Positions 8,816 through 20,167 of a DNA stretch of 26,783 nucleotides are shown piece by piece. Position 1 is the first letter of the stretch. Every line of letters starts with the position of its first letter. Both the position numbers and the translations under genes were made by a program. Under the pieces are notes generated by a model that saw nothing but the letters and a program-made list of their open reading frames with translations, was not told the origin of the DNA and made no database searches. The DNA lies in contig CAWJBB010000019.1 in the NCBI GenBank assembly GCA_963840855.1, forward strand, positions 1 through 26,783. Direction: 5' to 3'. This DNA is from an uncultured delta proteobacterium (lineage in GTDB: Bacteria > Desulfobacterota > Binatia > UBA9968).

Positions 8816-10830
8816 TCAGTCGGGAAGGGCGCCAAATCCCGCGGGCGGGCGGCGATGTCGTTTGACCTTTTCAAAGGCGGACGCGATCTCGAACAGCTTT
8901 GCCTCCGCAAAGGGCCGCCCGAGAAATTCCAATCCAACCGGGAGCTGAACTTGCTTGGGCCCTTCCAACTTGCTGCCGTTAGGATCTTTTTCGTCCGGCA
9001 CGCGGTCATAGACTTCTCTCGTAAAGCCGGCCGGCACGACGATGGCCGGGAGTCCGCCGGCCTCGGGACTGAGATTGACCGCCCAGCTTGCGCCCGAGCC
9101 TCTGTAGGTGTCGAGATCGGTTTTCAGTACCGGCTCCTCGGGCACGAGGGTTGGATCCGACATGACCGTTCCTGCCTTCAAGTTTCTGGGCTCGGTGCGC
9201 GTCGCCACCGTCTCTGCCGAGCGATTCGGCAAGATGATGTGAGGAGGCACAGTTGTGTAGACGTAAACCAACGCATCCAGATTATTCTCCGCCATGACCT
9301 GGAGAATCACCTGTCTGCAGTGTCTGCATTCGCAGGAGGTGATCCGTCTGCGGCGGCGTGTCCAGAGTCGTGGCGGTATCGCTAAACGCTCTTTTTAGGT
9401 TGTCGAGGCTGCCGGAAAACATGGGCATCGCGAACATGTCCTGAACGCTTTTAAATTTGGCATCGCCACGCTCGCGAAAGTACCGGCTGATGGCGTAGCG
9501 GGCCTCATTACCGCGCGGCTGCGCGGCGAGCAGGCGCAGATTCACGCCGCGGACGCCGGCAGGAACCAGGTTGTGATCGAACGCCATCGAAACGATATGA
9601 TCGATGGGATTCCCGAGACTTTGGAAAGACAGCCGGAAAATTGTTCGGCAACAAACCGGGCTCGAGGTAGGGAACCAGATCGGCGATGACTTTCTGAATG
9701 TTCACCGGATCCACGATTACCGCGCCCGCCTTCTTCATGTCGGCAATCGCCTCGTTGGCGACTCGAATGCTGTCTCTATCGGCAAGGCTCGCTTCGATCA
9801 TCAAATCTCGTAACACGCCGATCCTTTTGTCGGCGAGCGATTTTTGTTTCGCAAAGCGCGAGTAGGCGACCTTGGGCAGCGCAGCGGAAGCCGCTGTGAC
9901 CGGATCCTTGGGATCGTAGCCGGCAAGCATTTCCAGGAGGATAGCTGTGTCTTGGACGGTGCGGCAGAGGGGACCGCCGCGATCTCTGGAGAACGAAAGA
10001 GGAATAATGCCATCGCGGCTCACCAGTCCCTGCGTGGCAACCATGCCGACAAGATTGGTGCAGGCCGATGGGTAGCGCACGGAGCCCGACGTGTCCGTAC
10101 CCAGGGCGCACATCGCGAGATTAGCCGCCGCAGCCGCGGCGGAGCCGCTGCTCGAGCCGCCGGGAATCCTAGTCGTGTCGTAGGGATTGCAGGTCTGGCC
10201 GCCGAAGGCGCTGCGGCCAATGCCAGCCGGGGCGTACTCGTCCATGTTCGTCTTGCCGAGAATAATTGCTCCGGCGGCGCGGAGTTTCGCGACCATGGTC
10301 GCGTCATCAGGCGGCCGATCATTGGCGTAATCCGCCGCTGCCGCCGCCGTGGTGCGCATGTCGAAGGTATCGTAGTTGTCTTTAACGGCGATGGGAATGC
10401 CGTGAAGCGGGCCGACAAACTTGCCTGTGCGGGCGAAGTGAAGGTCGAGCTCGCGCGCGCGATCCAAAGCATCGGGGAATTTTGCATCGTCGGGTCCGGT
10501 GTGCGTCCGCTTTACCTTATCGGGAAAACCCAGGGCAATACGTTTGTCTTCCTTTAAGTTCAAAGTAACGAACGCGTTAAGCTGGCCGGCATTCGCGATC
10601 GGTGTGATATCTCCCAAGTGCAACCCGGTAGCAGGATCAAGGGCGCCCTCGACGCAGGTGCCGTTATAGGCTTTGATGCGTTTGAGATAGAGATTTACGA
10701 GTTGGGTTGCCGTCAGCTTTTTTGCGCGAAAAGCGCGGTGAACGTCGGCAATCGTCGCCTCTTCGAGGCGGAAGCCCTTGGTTTCCGCCGCACTGCCGTC
10801 TGATCGTGATGATTTTCGCGGTAATCGCAT
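8816..10830 (-). pseudogene. Amidase signature family protein, split by at least 2 frameshifts (about 9615 and 9318), possibly assembly errors
   Basis: GPLHGIPIAVKDN, GKTNMDE, GGSSSGSAAA and GTDTSGSVRYP in 9508-10830. Continues as NPIDHIVSMAF... (9282-9587) and then ...LPVGLEFLGRPFAEAKL (8816-9310). A signal-peptide-like N-terminus may start at ATG 10934 in another frame. Confidence 0.85.
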
Positions 10831-11195
10831 CGCTTCACTGCCTGGCAGGGGCCTGACGACAGAATGCCAACATTAGCAACCGCAACCGCGGCACGCAATC
10901 CTTTTGTGTTCAAACGATCGCCAAGACGACACATAGGATTCTGCTGAAAAACCCTAAGAATACTTCGACTAGACCGCATCCTATAGCCGCCGACAAACTC
11001 CGCGGACTTGACGTTGGTCGACGGGCGTTTTAGGCTGCCGCCTATGGCCATATAACCCGACTCGCGACGGCGATAATGGCCAATCTCGCTGGGCTAATGC
11101 AAGATAATGGAGAAAATCCCATCGCCATTGCCGTCAGTGACACGGTTAACAATGCTAGTTGGCTGAAGGGCCGCATATCTTCGAAGGAGAAATCA

Positions 11196-12688
11196 ATGAA
11201 ACGAACCTACAAACGGGAAATACGACTCCTGCTCCTGATCGGGCTGGTTATTGGCTCGCTCAGAATCGTCTTACCGCCGGCCTCGATTGCGGCCGAGAAA
11301 CCCAGTCCCGGTTTACAGAAAGTCAACGTCGCCTACAGCTCTATCTCCGGAAACAATGCTCCGCTCTGGGTCACGCAGGAAAGAGGATTCTTCAGAAAAT
11401 ACGGATTGGACGTGCAAGCGATCTTGATCGAATCCGGGACTACCGCCGTTCAATCCCTACTTTCCGGAGAGATAAGTTTTGCTCACATGGCCGGCGCCGC
11501 CGTCATGCAGAGCAACCTCCGCGGCGCTGATGCGGTCATGATCGCCGGAGTGGTCAACACCCTTATCTTCCAGTTGTACACGGACAAAGGCATCAGCCGG
11601 CCTGATCAATTAAAAGGCAAGGCCGTCGGAGTCACCCGGTTCGGTTCATCGACCGATTTTGCCATGCGCTACGCTTTGGAAAGATATGGTCTCGAGGCCG
11701 ATAAAGATGTGACGATATTGCAGTTGGGAAATGTGCCGGCCATTTTGTCCGCTCTGGAAGCCGGTAAATTACAAGGAGCGATGCTTTCGCCGCCAACCAC
11801 GCTGAGAGCTAAAAAAGCGGGATTTCCGGTTTTAGCGGATCTGCAAATGCTTGGATTGGAATATCAGCACACCGGGATCGCCACAACCCGATCGTTGATT
11901 AAATCCAAACCGGAACTGGTTCGCGACTTTATGAGAGCCTACGTGGAAGGGATTCATTACGCCAAGACGCACCGCAAGGAATCGTTGGATATCCTCGCGA
12001 AATATCTTCGGACCGACGACAAGGACGTGTTGGAAGAGACTTATGAAACCATCATGGTCACCTTGGTTCCCGAAAAGCCTTATCCGACGCTCAAGGGTAT
12101 ACAAATTATGTTACGTGAGATGGGGGTTAAAGATCCGGTGGCGCGCTCGGCTAAACCCGAGCAATTCGTGGACCTCACTTTTGTCAAAGAACTCGACGGC
12201 TCCGGTTTCGTTGATCGTTTATACAAACCCCAAGCAGTGGCAAAAGCGGCGCCAGCGAAAGTAGAACCTACGCCGGCTCCCGCGGTTGCAAGTAAGCCTG
12301 CGCCAGCGAAAGTAGAACCCACGCCGGCTCCTGCGGTTGCAAGTAAGCCTGCGCCAGCGAAAGTAGAACCTACGCCTGCCCCTCGGTTGCAAGTAAGCCC
12401 GCGCCGCCGGCCAGTGACAAAGTCGCTTCCATCGCCAAACCCGAAGGGTCACGGGAGTCGTCGACCCAAGCGGCGGCCAAACCCAGTCAGGTCTTAACGG
12501 CACAAGCAGCCGCAACCACTCCTTATGTCGTAGCGGCCGGAGATAACCTGAGCAGAATAGCGCAAAAGTTTTACAACACGAGCCAGAAGTGGGTCAAAAT
12601 CTATGAAGCCAATCGAGACACGGTGCAGAATCCGCATTACATTTATATCGGACAGAATCTGAACATTCCGCCTGATGACGGGCGGTAA
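11196..12688 (+). CDS. NMT1/THI5-SsuA-type ABC substrate-binding protein with Pro/Ala/Lys linker and C-terminal LysM domain (1-bp frameshift near 12384)
   Basis: SBP motifs GFFRKYGLDV and LKGKAVGVTRFGS. AAGGAG RBS before ATG 11196. The shifted frame from 12386 is open to TAA 12686-12688 and encodes YVVAAGDNLSRIAQKFYNTSQKWVKIYEANRDTVQNPHYIYIGQNLNIP (LysM). Confidence 0.85.
12249..12400 (+). repeat. Three tandem 51-bp coding repeats (APAKVEPTPAPAVASKP)
   Basis: Units at 12249-12299, 12300-12350 and 12351-12400. The third unit is 50 nt, missing one G. Confidence 0.95.
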
Positions 12689-12854
12689 ACGCGCAAGGAG
12701 AGTGCCGGCTGTGGTCATTAGTCGTGATCGCGGATTGTGATTATCCTTTTGGCCGCGTTTTTCGCCAACTGTAATTGCTCGAATAGGGGGACCTCCGTAG
12801 CCTTGGCGAAGGATCTTCAAGTCGCAAGATACCACGGACTTTGCTTCCAAAGTT

Positions 12855-13148
12855 TTATTTTTTCAACTCCCGGCTGAGCTGGCGGAGTATTTCGTTGAAT
12901 TGACGCTGCATGGCGATCATCTGCTCGCGCATGTGGAGCGCCACCTCAGCGCCTTCCAGGTTGACTCCCATTTCATCGATGAGCAGGCGGGCCACGCGCA
13001 CCCGATCGACCTGATCCATCGGATAAAGTTTCCGACTGCGCCGGACGATCGGGTGGATCAGCTCTTCCTTCTCCAAGCGTATGACGAACTTTGCGTCAAC
13101 GCCGCAGATTTTCGTGACCTCGGTAATGCGCAGATATTTTCGCGGCAT
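12855..13148 (-). CDS. cbpM: Chaperone modulator CbpM / HspR-like MerR-type HTH protein
   Basis: MerR-like N-terminus and L..EMGVNLEG motif. Directly downstream of the J-domain gene. Confidence 0.8.
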   Translation of the reverse strand: MPRKYLRITEVTKICGVDAKFVIRLEKEELIHPIVRRSRKLYPMDQVDRVRVARLLIDEMGVNLEGAEVALHMREQMIAMQRQFNEILRQLSRELKK

Positions 13149-13163
13149 TTTTCGCCCTTTCCC

Positions 13164-14198
13164 TTACAGCCGCATGTTTTTGCGCACGTCTTCACCATAA
13201 GCCTGGTCGATCTTCTCGATGACATCATGGGCAATAGTTTCAGTCGGCACGCGCACCATGAGCCGCAAATATAAATCGCCGGCTGGAGTTTGCCCGTGGG
13301 CGGCGACTCCTTTGCCCTTGATACGCAGTCGCTGGCCGCTCTGCGCGCCGGCAGGAACCTTGACCTTGATCGTTCCGTCCGGCGTTGGCACATCCACGTT
13401 GGCGCCACGGACTGCTTCGCCGACCGTAACCGGCAGTTCCATAGTTAAATCTCGATCCGAGCGCGTTAGTATCGGATGCGGTCGGATGCGCGGCACGATG
13501 TAAAGGTCGCCAGCCGGGCCGCCACGGACGCCGGCTTCGCCTTTGCCGCGCAAGCGAATACGCTTTCCCGGGTCGGCTCCGGGCGGGATGTTGACGCGAA
13601 TCGTATCCGGCCGCAGCACTCGGCCGGCGCCGCCGCATACCGCGCAGGGATCGCCGGACAGCTGTCCGCCCTTCGGCCTGGTACGTGATTTTGCCCCGGT
13701 CCCCTGGCAGGCCTCGCAAGCGACCGGCCGCTGAAGCATTATCGAGGTCTGAAAGCCGCGCACCGCGTCGAGGAAATCGATTTCCATACTCGACTCGATG
13801 TCCTGGCCGCGCCGCGGCCCGCTTTGCGCTCTCGGGCTTTGCCGGAACATGCCGCCGAGACCGCCGAAAAGATCGCCGAGGTCATCCATGTTAAATTCGT
13901 AGGTGCCACCGGCGCGCTCCGACTGCTGCCGCCACTGCTGATAGCTCCGCGCCTTGTCGGCATCAAACCCGGCGGCCAGGCCGGCCTCGCCGAATTCATC
14001 ATAAAGTTTTCGTTTCTTTTCGTCGCTCAGGACATCGTAGGCGACCGAGAGATCCTTGAATTTGTTCTCGGCGTCTTTGTTGCCCGGATTGATGTCGGGA
14101 TGATATTTGCGCGCAAGCTTGCGGTAGGCCTTGCGGATGTCTTCGTGGGAAGCGCCGCGCTGGACGCCAAGAATCTGATAGTAATCGCGGTCTGCCAT
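13164..14198 (-). CDS. DnaJ/CbpA-like J-domain co-chaperone
   Basis: DYYQILGV and HPD J-domain, G/F region, two CxxCxGxG motifs, DnaJ C-terminal domain. Start moved to MADRDYY. Confidence 0.92.
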   Translation of the reverse strand: MADRDYYQILGVQRGASHEDIRKAYRKLARKYHPDINPGNKDAENKFKDLSVAYDVLSDEKKRKLYDEFGEAGLAAGFDADKARSYQQWRQQSERAGGTYEFNMDDLGDLFGGLGGMFRQSPRAQSGPRRGQDIESSMEIDFLDAVRGFQTSIMLQRPVACEACQGTGAKSRTRPKGGQLSGDPCAVCGGAGRVLRPDTIRVNIPPGADPGKRIRLRGKGEAGVRGGPAGDLYIVPRIRPHPILTRSDRDLTMELPVTVGEAVRGANVDVPTPDGTIKVKVPAGAQSGQRLRIKGKGVAAHGQTPAGDLYLRLMVRVPTETIAHDVIEKIDQAYGEDVRKNMRL

Positions 14199-14348
14199 GG
14201 TATCTCTAAAATAACCACGACGGCGAGAGAGTTGCAAGAGAAAGTAGGGACGTTTGGCAGGCTGCTGAACGGCGGCCCTCATTCGCGAGCTGGCAGCGCC
14301 GGAGTGATGGGTTCGAAGACCCAATGCTCCGTTACTCCAACGCTCGCA

Positions 14349-14591
14349 TCATCGTTTAGAGCTATGGCCTCGCGCGCGCATGCATCTATTGAAAGCTTCC
14401 GCCTTACTGCCGGCGCCGGACAGGGCGGCCTCGCGCTCGCACTCCTGTGCATCCTGGTTCACTGTGTTTGGGGTAGTCCTGCTTTCACTCGTTGGCGGTG
14501 TGCCAGCAGTCCTGTTGCCGGAAGGGCGCGATGTTTGCGGCGGAGAGCATGCCGCCAAAAGTATTAGCGCAGCGAATAGTCCAAGTTTCAT
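14349..14591 (-). CDS. Small lipoprotein
   Basis: Lipobox LLAAC, Pro/Thr-rich linker and a C-terminal ECEREA...FNRCMRARG two-Cys helical motif. Confidence 0.75.
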   Translation of the reverse strand: MKLGLFAALILLAACSPPQTSRPSGNRTAGTPPTSESRTTPNTVNQDAQECEREAALSGAGSKAEAFNRCMRARGHSSKR

Positions 14592-14719
14592 GAGTCACCC
14601 TTGTTGGCAAAATTCACCAGACTTCCACGGAAACCCTTCCTCTCTTATTTGTAACATTTCTCAGTGACGAGGCGAACAGGAGGTGGCTTCAGTTTCACTT
14701 ATTTCGGGAAGGAGGGGAA

Positions 14720-14766
14720 TGGAACGCCCGGAACGATTGGAACGTTTTGAACGGGAGCGCAGCGAC
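14720..14766. repeat. 9-mer tandem repeat (YGGAACGNN/TTGAACG) with GGAGCGCAGCG tail, same family as 21553-21643
   Basis: tggaacgcc cggaacgat tggaacgtt ttgaacggg agcgcagcg, lying immediately past the OMF stop codon. Confidence 0.7.
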
Positions 14767-14768
14767 AA

Positions 14769-16115
14769 TCAAGACCCGAGGGCTTTGCGCAGCTGGACGA
14801 ACGATTGCAGCTGACCCTGGTTGATCGCGATCTGGTTGTCTTGCGCCTGATACAGGCTGCGCTGGGTTTCGAGCAACGTCAGGTAGTCGATGGCGCCGGC
14901 GTCGAAGCGCGCTTTGGCGATGTCATAGGCATTCTGCGATTCGGTGACAGTAGCGCGCGACAGCACGGCGCGATCGTTGTTACTTTTAAGCGCGGCGAGG
15001 GCGTCTTCGACTTCTTGAAATGCAAACAGCACGGTCTGACGGTACTGCACCGCGAGCTCTTTCTGGCGCGCGGTGACGATTTCCAGATTGCCGGTGAGCC
15101 TGCCGCCGGTAAAGATCGGCGCGAGCAAACTCGACGCGATTGAGGTTGCCGCTGCGGCCGGGCCGCCGAAGCCGGCGGAGATGGCGGTGTCCAGACCCAA
15201 CGTCAGCGACGGGAAGAAGGCGGCGCGCGCTACGCCGATATCGGCATTGGCCGAAAGCAGGCCGGCCTCAGCGCTCTCGATGTCCGGCCGGGCGGTCAAC
15301 AGAGTCGCCGGCGGCGTCAGATTTACCGCCGGCATGGAGAGCGTCGCCAGCTCGGCGGTCGGCGCGGAAAAGTTCTGCGGCGCCAACCCGAGCAGGATCG
15401 CCAGCGCGTTGGCCGTGGTGCTGCGCTGCTCGATCAACGACGCCACCGCAGTGCGGAAGTTATTTACGAATACACGTTGTTGCGATACTTCCAGCCCGGA
15501 CACACTACCCTGGTTGAAACGCGCTTCGGTGATGCGCAAGATTTCTTCGGCGCTTTTGAGATTTAGCTCGGCGATGCGGATGCGGTCGTTGAGGCTCAAA
15601 ATCTGCGAATAGAAATTCGTCGCGTCCGAGGTGACGACGAGGCGCAGCGCCTCGCGATCGAACTCGGTCACGTTGATCCGATAGTCGGCGGACTTCGCCG
15701 CGTTTCGATTCTTTCCCCACAGATCGACTTCGTAGCTGATGCTGCCGCCGCCGCGCGCCGAATTGGTGTCGCGCGGATCTTGGAAGGTGCGCGAGGCCGA
15801 GCCGCTGGCACTGATCGTCGGATAGAGCGGCGCGGCGGCGCTCTTCGCCTGGGCGCGCGCCTGCTCGATGCGATGGAGCGCGGCTTCGAGATCGAGGTTT
15901 TGCGCCAAAGTATTGTCGATCAGGCGATTCAACTCGGCGCTGCCGAGCTCCTGCCAGAAGGGCGTGGGCGGGTTCTGCTGCGCGACGCCGACGCCGGCGA
16001 CGCTGCTCCAACCAGTGGGCAGAGCCATCTGCGGCCGCTCGTAGGTCGGCGCGAAACTGCAAGCCGACAACGCCAATGAAAGGGCGACTGTGCCGTTCAA
16101 TAGATGTTTACGCAT
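14769..16115 (-). CDS. Efflux outer membrane factor lipoprotein (NodT/OprM/TolC family)
   Basis: Lipobox LSAC-SFAP.YERP, YEVDLWG, P.TLL..RPDI, ARAAFFPSL and AFQEVEDAL. Confidence 0.95.
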   Translation of the reverse strand: MRKHLLNGTVALSLALSACSFAPTYERPQMALPTGWSSVAGVGVAQQNPPTPFWQELGSAELNRLIDNTLAQNLDLEAALHRIEQARAQAKSAAAPLYPTISASGSASRTFQDPRDTNSARGGGSISYEVDLWGKNRNAAKSADYRINVTEFDREALRLVVTSDATNFYSQILSLNDRIRIAELNLKSAEEILRITEARFNQGSVSGLEVSQQRVFVNNFRTAVASLIEQRSTTANALAILLGLAPQNFSAPTAELATLSMPAVNLTPPATLLTARPDIESAEAGLLSANADIGVARAAFFPSLTLGLDTAISAGFGGPAAAATSIASSLLAPIFTGGRLTGNLEIVTARQKELAVQYRQTVLFAFQEVEDALAALKSNNDRAVLSRATVTESQNAYDIAKARFDAGAIDYLTLLETQRSLYQAQDNQIAINQGQLQSFVQLRKALGS

Positions 16116-16123
16116 AGATCATC

Positions 16124-18064
16124 TCACTCCGAAGCTAAAGCTACGACCGGATCCAACTGCGCCGCTTTGCGTGCCGGCAGATAACCGAACGCCAGGCCGG
16201 TGGCGGACGCGCAGGCGAAGGCGAGCGCCGCGGGCGTCACCGAGAAGACCACGGTCATGCCGCTGTAGCGCAGCACCAGGCCGGCGATCGTGCCGACGAG
16301 AATGCCGAGGAAGCCCCCAGCGGCGCACACCACCGCGGCTTCGATGTTGAATTGCAGCATGATGTCGCGCATGCGCGCGCCGGTGGCCATGCGGATGCCG
16401 ATCTCGCGGGTGCGCTCGACCACGCTGACGAGCATGATGTTCATGACGCCGATGCCGCCGACCAGCAGAGAAATCGCGGCCACCGTGCCGAGCAGCAAAG
16501 TAAAGGTGTCCTGGGTTTCCATAGCCGCCTGAAGAAACGACGCCATGTTGCGCACGCTGAAATCCTCGGCGTTATGGCGCGCCTTGAGCAGCGTCTCGAC
16601 GCGCGCCTGGGTGGCGTCGATGTCCGCTGCGTCTTTGACCTTGATGGTGATGCTGCTCAGGTAGTTCTTGCCGAAGAGGCGAACCAAGCCGGTATTGATC
16701 GGAACGAAGACGACGTCGTCCTGGTCGCTGCCGTTGGGCGACGCGCCTTTTTCCGTCATGACGCCGATGACGACGAACGGCACGCTGCGCATGAGGATGT
16801 ATTTGCCAACCGGACTGCTGCCGTCGGGAAAGAGCGTTCTCGCCACCGTGCGGCCGAGCACGACGACGGCGGCATACTGCTTCATGTCGTCGCTGTTGAA
16901 GAACTGGCCCTCGGCTACCGGCCAATCGCGCGCCGACGGAAAATCTTCGCCGGTGCCTTGCGCCGAAGTCTGATAGTCCATGTTGCCGTAGCGCACCGTC
17001 AGCCGGCTGCTGCGCTCGGCCAGCGCGGTTTCGATATTGGGCAGCGCCTTGATCGCGGCGGCGTCGTCGGGCACCAAGGTGGCGATATCGCCGGCGTTGC
17101 GAATGCCGGCGGCGCCGGGGCGGATCAACATCAAATTGGTCCCGAAGGAGCTGATGCGATCGAGCACCTTCTGCCGGCTGCCTTCGCCTACCGCCAGCAT
17201 GGCGACCACGGCGGCGACGCCGATGATGATGCCGAGCAAGGTAAGCATGGTCCGAAAGATGTTGACCTGCAGCGAGCGCCAGGCGGTGACGAGCGCTTCC
17301 TGCACGCTCGCCATCAAGCCGACGGCGCTTTCGAAACTGCGATTGTTTGCCGCGACACTTTCCGTCGCGTCGTCGGTGAAGATTCCGGTGTCTTCAAGAA
17401 TTCGGCCGTCCTGGATGCGCACGATGCGGCCGGCGTGCTGGGCGACGTTTTCGGCGTGGGTGATCAATATGATCGTCCGCCCTTCGGCGTGAAGTTGCTT
17501 GAGCAAAGCGAGGACTTCGTCGCCGCTCTTGCTATCCAAGGCGCCGGTGGGCTCGTCGGCGAGAATCACCGGCGGGTCGTTTACCAGGGCGCGGGCGATG
17601 GCGACGCGCTGCTGCTGGCCGCCGGAAAGTTCCGAGGGGCGGTGCGCGGTGCGGTCGCCGAGGCCAAGGCGTGCGAGCAGGCTCGCAGCGCGCTCGGCGC
17701 GCTTGTGCTTGGGCAGGCCGGCATACACCGAGGGAATCTCGACGTTCTCACCGGCGCTGGCCGTGGCCAACAAATTATATTTCTGAAAGACGAAGCCGAA
17801 GGTTTCGCGCCGAAGCGACGCCAGCTCGTCTGGTTCGAGATTCGCCGCTTCTCGGCCGAGCACCTTATAACTGCCCGCAGTGGGACGATCGAGGCAGCCG
17901 AGAATATTCATCAAGGTCGACTTGCCGGAACCGGACTGCCCCATGATCGCGACAAATTCACCGCGGTGGATCTTCAGCGACACGCCGTCGAGGGCGCGCA
18001 CGGTGGTATCGCCGTTCTTATAGTGCTTCTCGATACCGCTCAGCTCTAGGATGGTCCCGTTCAT
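16124..18064 (-). CDS. macB: MacB-family ABC efflux ATPase/permease
   Basis: Walker [18 protein letters not shown] and ILADEPTG, fused to a FtsX-type permease ([21 protein letters not shown]). Confidence 0.95.
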   Translation of the reverse strand: MNGTILELSGIEKHYKNGDTTVRALDGVSLKIHRGEFVAIMGQSGSGKSTLMNILGCLDRPTAGSYKVLGREAANLEPDELASLRRETFGFVFQKYNLLATASAGENVEIPSVYAGLPKHKRAERAASLLARLGLGDRTAHRPSELSGGQQQRVAIARALVNDPPVILADEPTGALDSKSGDEVLALLKQLHAEGRTIILITHAENVAQHAGRIVRIQDGRILEDTGIFTDDATESVAANNRSFESAVGLMASVQEALVTAWRSLQVNIFRTMLTLLGIIIGVAAVVAMLAVGEGSRQKVLDRISSFGTNLMLIRPGAAGIRNAGDIATLVPDDAAAIKALPNIETALAERSSRLTVRYGNMDYQTSAQGTGEDFPSARDWPVAEGQFFNSDDMKQYAAVVVLGRTVARTLFPDGSSPVGKYILMRSVPFVVIGVMTEKGASPNGSDQDDVVFVPINTGLVRLFGKNYLSSITIKVKDAADIDATQARVETLLKARHNAEDFSVRNMASFLQAAMETQDTFTLLLGTVAAISLLVGGIGVMNIMLVSVVERTREIGIRMATGARMRDIMLQFNIEAAVVCAAGGFLGILVGTIAGLVLRYSGMTVVFSVTPAALAFACASATGLAFGYLPARKAAQLDPVVALASE

Positions 18065-19279
18065 AACTGCGGTCCTCGGTTGAAGCGCGGCGCGTTGCCG
18101 GCGCCCCGCTGCTGGTTATTCGCTTGACTGGCCGTCCGGTTGGCGGCGCCGGCGGGACGATTCACCGCGATCTTTTCGCCTTCTTTAAGTCCATCGACGA
18201 CCTCCGCCTGAGTGCGCGTCTGCAAGCCGACGTGAATGACGCGCTGTTCCCGGCCGGTCTCGGTGATCACCGCGACGCGATAGGCCTTGCCTTTGTCGCT
18301 GTCTTCACGCGCCGAGCGGCGGGTGAGCACTTCGGCGGGTATCACGAGCGCGTTTTCCGCCTTGCCGAAGATGAAGAACACCTGCGTCGTCATGCCGGTC
18401 ATGAGCTTGTGGGCTTCGTTTTTCACGTCGATCAAGACATCGTAGAGCACCACGTCGTTGACGATCTGCGGCGTCGGCAAGACCTGGCGCACCTTGCCCG
18501 GCCAGCGCCGCTCGTTATTGCCGAGGGTGGTGAAGTAGGCCGGCATGTTTTCCTTGAGGCGGCTCACGTCCGCCTCGGCCACCTGGGCGCGCACGGTCAT
18601 GATATCGAGATTGGCCACTTGCAAAACTACTGGCGCGGTCTGGTTGGCGTTCAACGTCTGCCCTTCCTTGGTCGGCAAAGTCGTCACCGTACCGGCCATC
18701 GGCGCGAAAATTTTAGTATAGCTAAGGTTGGTGCGGCTCGCGCTTACATTGGACTGCGGTTTCCTGAATCTGCGCGATGATCGAGTCCACTTGGGCTTTG
18801 GCCACCGCGGCCTGGGATTCCGTCTCCTGCAGAGCCTGCTGGCTGACGGCATTGACGGCGATCAGATTTTGATTGCGCTTGAGATTCTGTTCGGCCAAAA
18901 CCGCCTCGGCCTTCTGCTGGTTGAGCTGGGCGCGCAAACTATTCAGCCGGGCTTCGCCCGCTTCCACCTGGGCCTGGTAAACGCGCGGGTCGATTTCGGC
19001 GAGAAGCTGGCCCTTGGTCACGGTATCGCCGATGTCAACGTGGATCGCCTTTAATTGGCCGGAGACCTGGGTGCCGACGTCGACGTACTGCTTCGCCTCG
19101 AGCTTGCCCTGCGACGTGACGACTTCCTCGATGTTACCCCTGATAACGGTTATAGGTTGATTGGTGTCTTGCGGCTCCTGGGAGGCGATGCTGTACCAAT
19201 ACCAGCCGCCCGCCATTGCCGTCACCAGGGTGACCAAGAAGATGGTTTTGCTGAGCCGGGATTTGATTGTCCATTTCAT
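18061..19279 (-). pseudogene. macA: MacA-family periplasmic adaptor, split by one frameshift near 18758 (probable assembly error)
   Basis: N-part VDVGTQVSGQL...GQLLAEIDP and C-part NLSYTKIFAPMAGTV...GQTLNANQTAP lie in adjacent frames. Confidence 0.9.
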
Positions 19280-19354
19280 CGCAGTTTGCCCTTTCTCGGA
19301 AAGGTCCTTATCCCCTAATACGACCCGAAACGGCAAAGTCTTCGCTGCCGGCGC

Positions 19355-19383
19355 AAAAAAAAGCGCCGGTATAACCGGCGCTT
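19355..19383 (-). terminator. Rho-independent terminator after the ECF sigma operon
   Basis: Perfect 10-bp stem AAGCGCCGGT/ACCGGCGCTT with a 3-nt loop. Followed by a T-run on the minus strand (A-run at 19355-19362 on plus). Confidence 0.8.
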
Positions 19384-19407
19384 ACAAAACCGTAAGGCGT
19401 GATAAGT

Positions 19408-19848
19408 TCAGTTTTTGCGGTCCGGCGGCCGGGGCCGGCGCAGCATTTCGGCGAAGCGACGGCGCTCGTCGGCCGGCAAGCTCATCACGGCCTCTTTTGC
19501 GACTTTCGATAGGTGATCCGTCGACTCCATCCGTAAGCGGTTTATTTCAACGATTTTACGGTTGTAGACGGCTTCATCGAATGGCTCGGCGCCGAGAGCG
19601 CGGGCCGCCTCGTCTTGTGCCGTTCTAATCCGTTCAAATAGCGGTTGAGCAGCCGACCGAATCTGCGCAATTTTCTCGCGCAGGCGGGACTGCGCCTCTG
19701 GGGGCAAGCCCTCGAGTGCCTGATCCAGGCGCTGTTCCCGCCTCGCCGCTCTGTCAAAATGGCGCGGCGACTGACCCAAGAAAACTCCGATCAAGACGAC
19801 GTTCAATATAAGCGACGCGAGAAACGCCAGTTTTAGTTTTTTACTCAT
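19408..19848 (-). CDS. Periplasmic heavy-metal sensor / Spy-CpxP-ZraP-like protein
   Basis: MSKKLKLAFLASLILNVVLIGVFLG anchor, AEPFDEA and LPADERRRF motifs. Has its own GAGGAG RBS before ATG 19848. Confidence 0.8.
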   Translation of the reverse strand: MSKKLKLAFLASLILNVVLIGVFLGQSPRHFDRAARREQRLDQALEGLPPEAQSRLREKIAQIRSAAQPLFERIRTAQDEAARALGAEPFDEAVYNRKIVEINRLRMESTDHLSKVAKEAVMSLPADERRRFAEMLRRPRPPDRKN

Positions 19849-20160
19849 AGGAGCTCCTCGTCGGCGGAGAGGAATCCCTGTGTGTTTGAGGCGTTGCCAT
19901 CTTGCACCGCCGGGGCTGTCCCATGGCGTATTGAAACCCACGACTATTCCCAGGGCCAAGGCGCCGGCGAGAACATAAGCGGGCTTGGGCAGGTGAAATT
20001 CGGCGCAAAGATCCCGGACCAACTGCCAAAGAGAAGCGTTTTGTCTCTGCGTGATTCCTCGCGCCGTTAGAATAATCCTCGCTGCCAGTTCCGGGCTCGC
20101 CGCCTCCTGGCGGCGCGAGCGCAGCATCGATTCTAGTTTTTCGTCACGATTATCGCTCAT
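19845..20160 (-). CDS. Putative membrane anti-sigma factor (frameshift near 19910 makes it appear fused to the next gene)
   Basis: LESML...SPELAARII plus TM LAGALALGIVVG. The alternate frame ends QGFLSADEELL-TGA with an ATGA overlap on the next start. Located downstream of the ECF sigma gene. Confidence 0.65.
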
Positions 20161-20167
20161 AATAACC

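Noticed and set aside
12384-12400. Programmed frameshift or phase variation controlling LysM attachment
   Set aside because: No slippery heptamer or homopolymer at the site, and the many other indels in the window favour sequencing error.
16352-18049. 565-aa plus-strand ORF and other long antisense ORFs (e.g. 332-1237, 6276-7277)
   Set aside because: These are shadow frames of well-supported genes in GC-rich DNA and have no recognisable motifs.
19408-20160. Novel anti-sigma/periplasmic-sensor fusion protein (250-aa ORF)
   Set aside because: An internal RBS plus ATG at 19848 and an alternate frame ending in an ATGA overlap indicate two genes joined by an indel.
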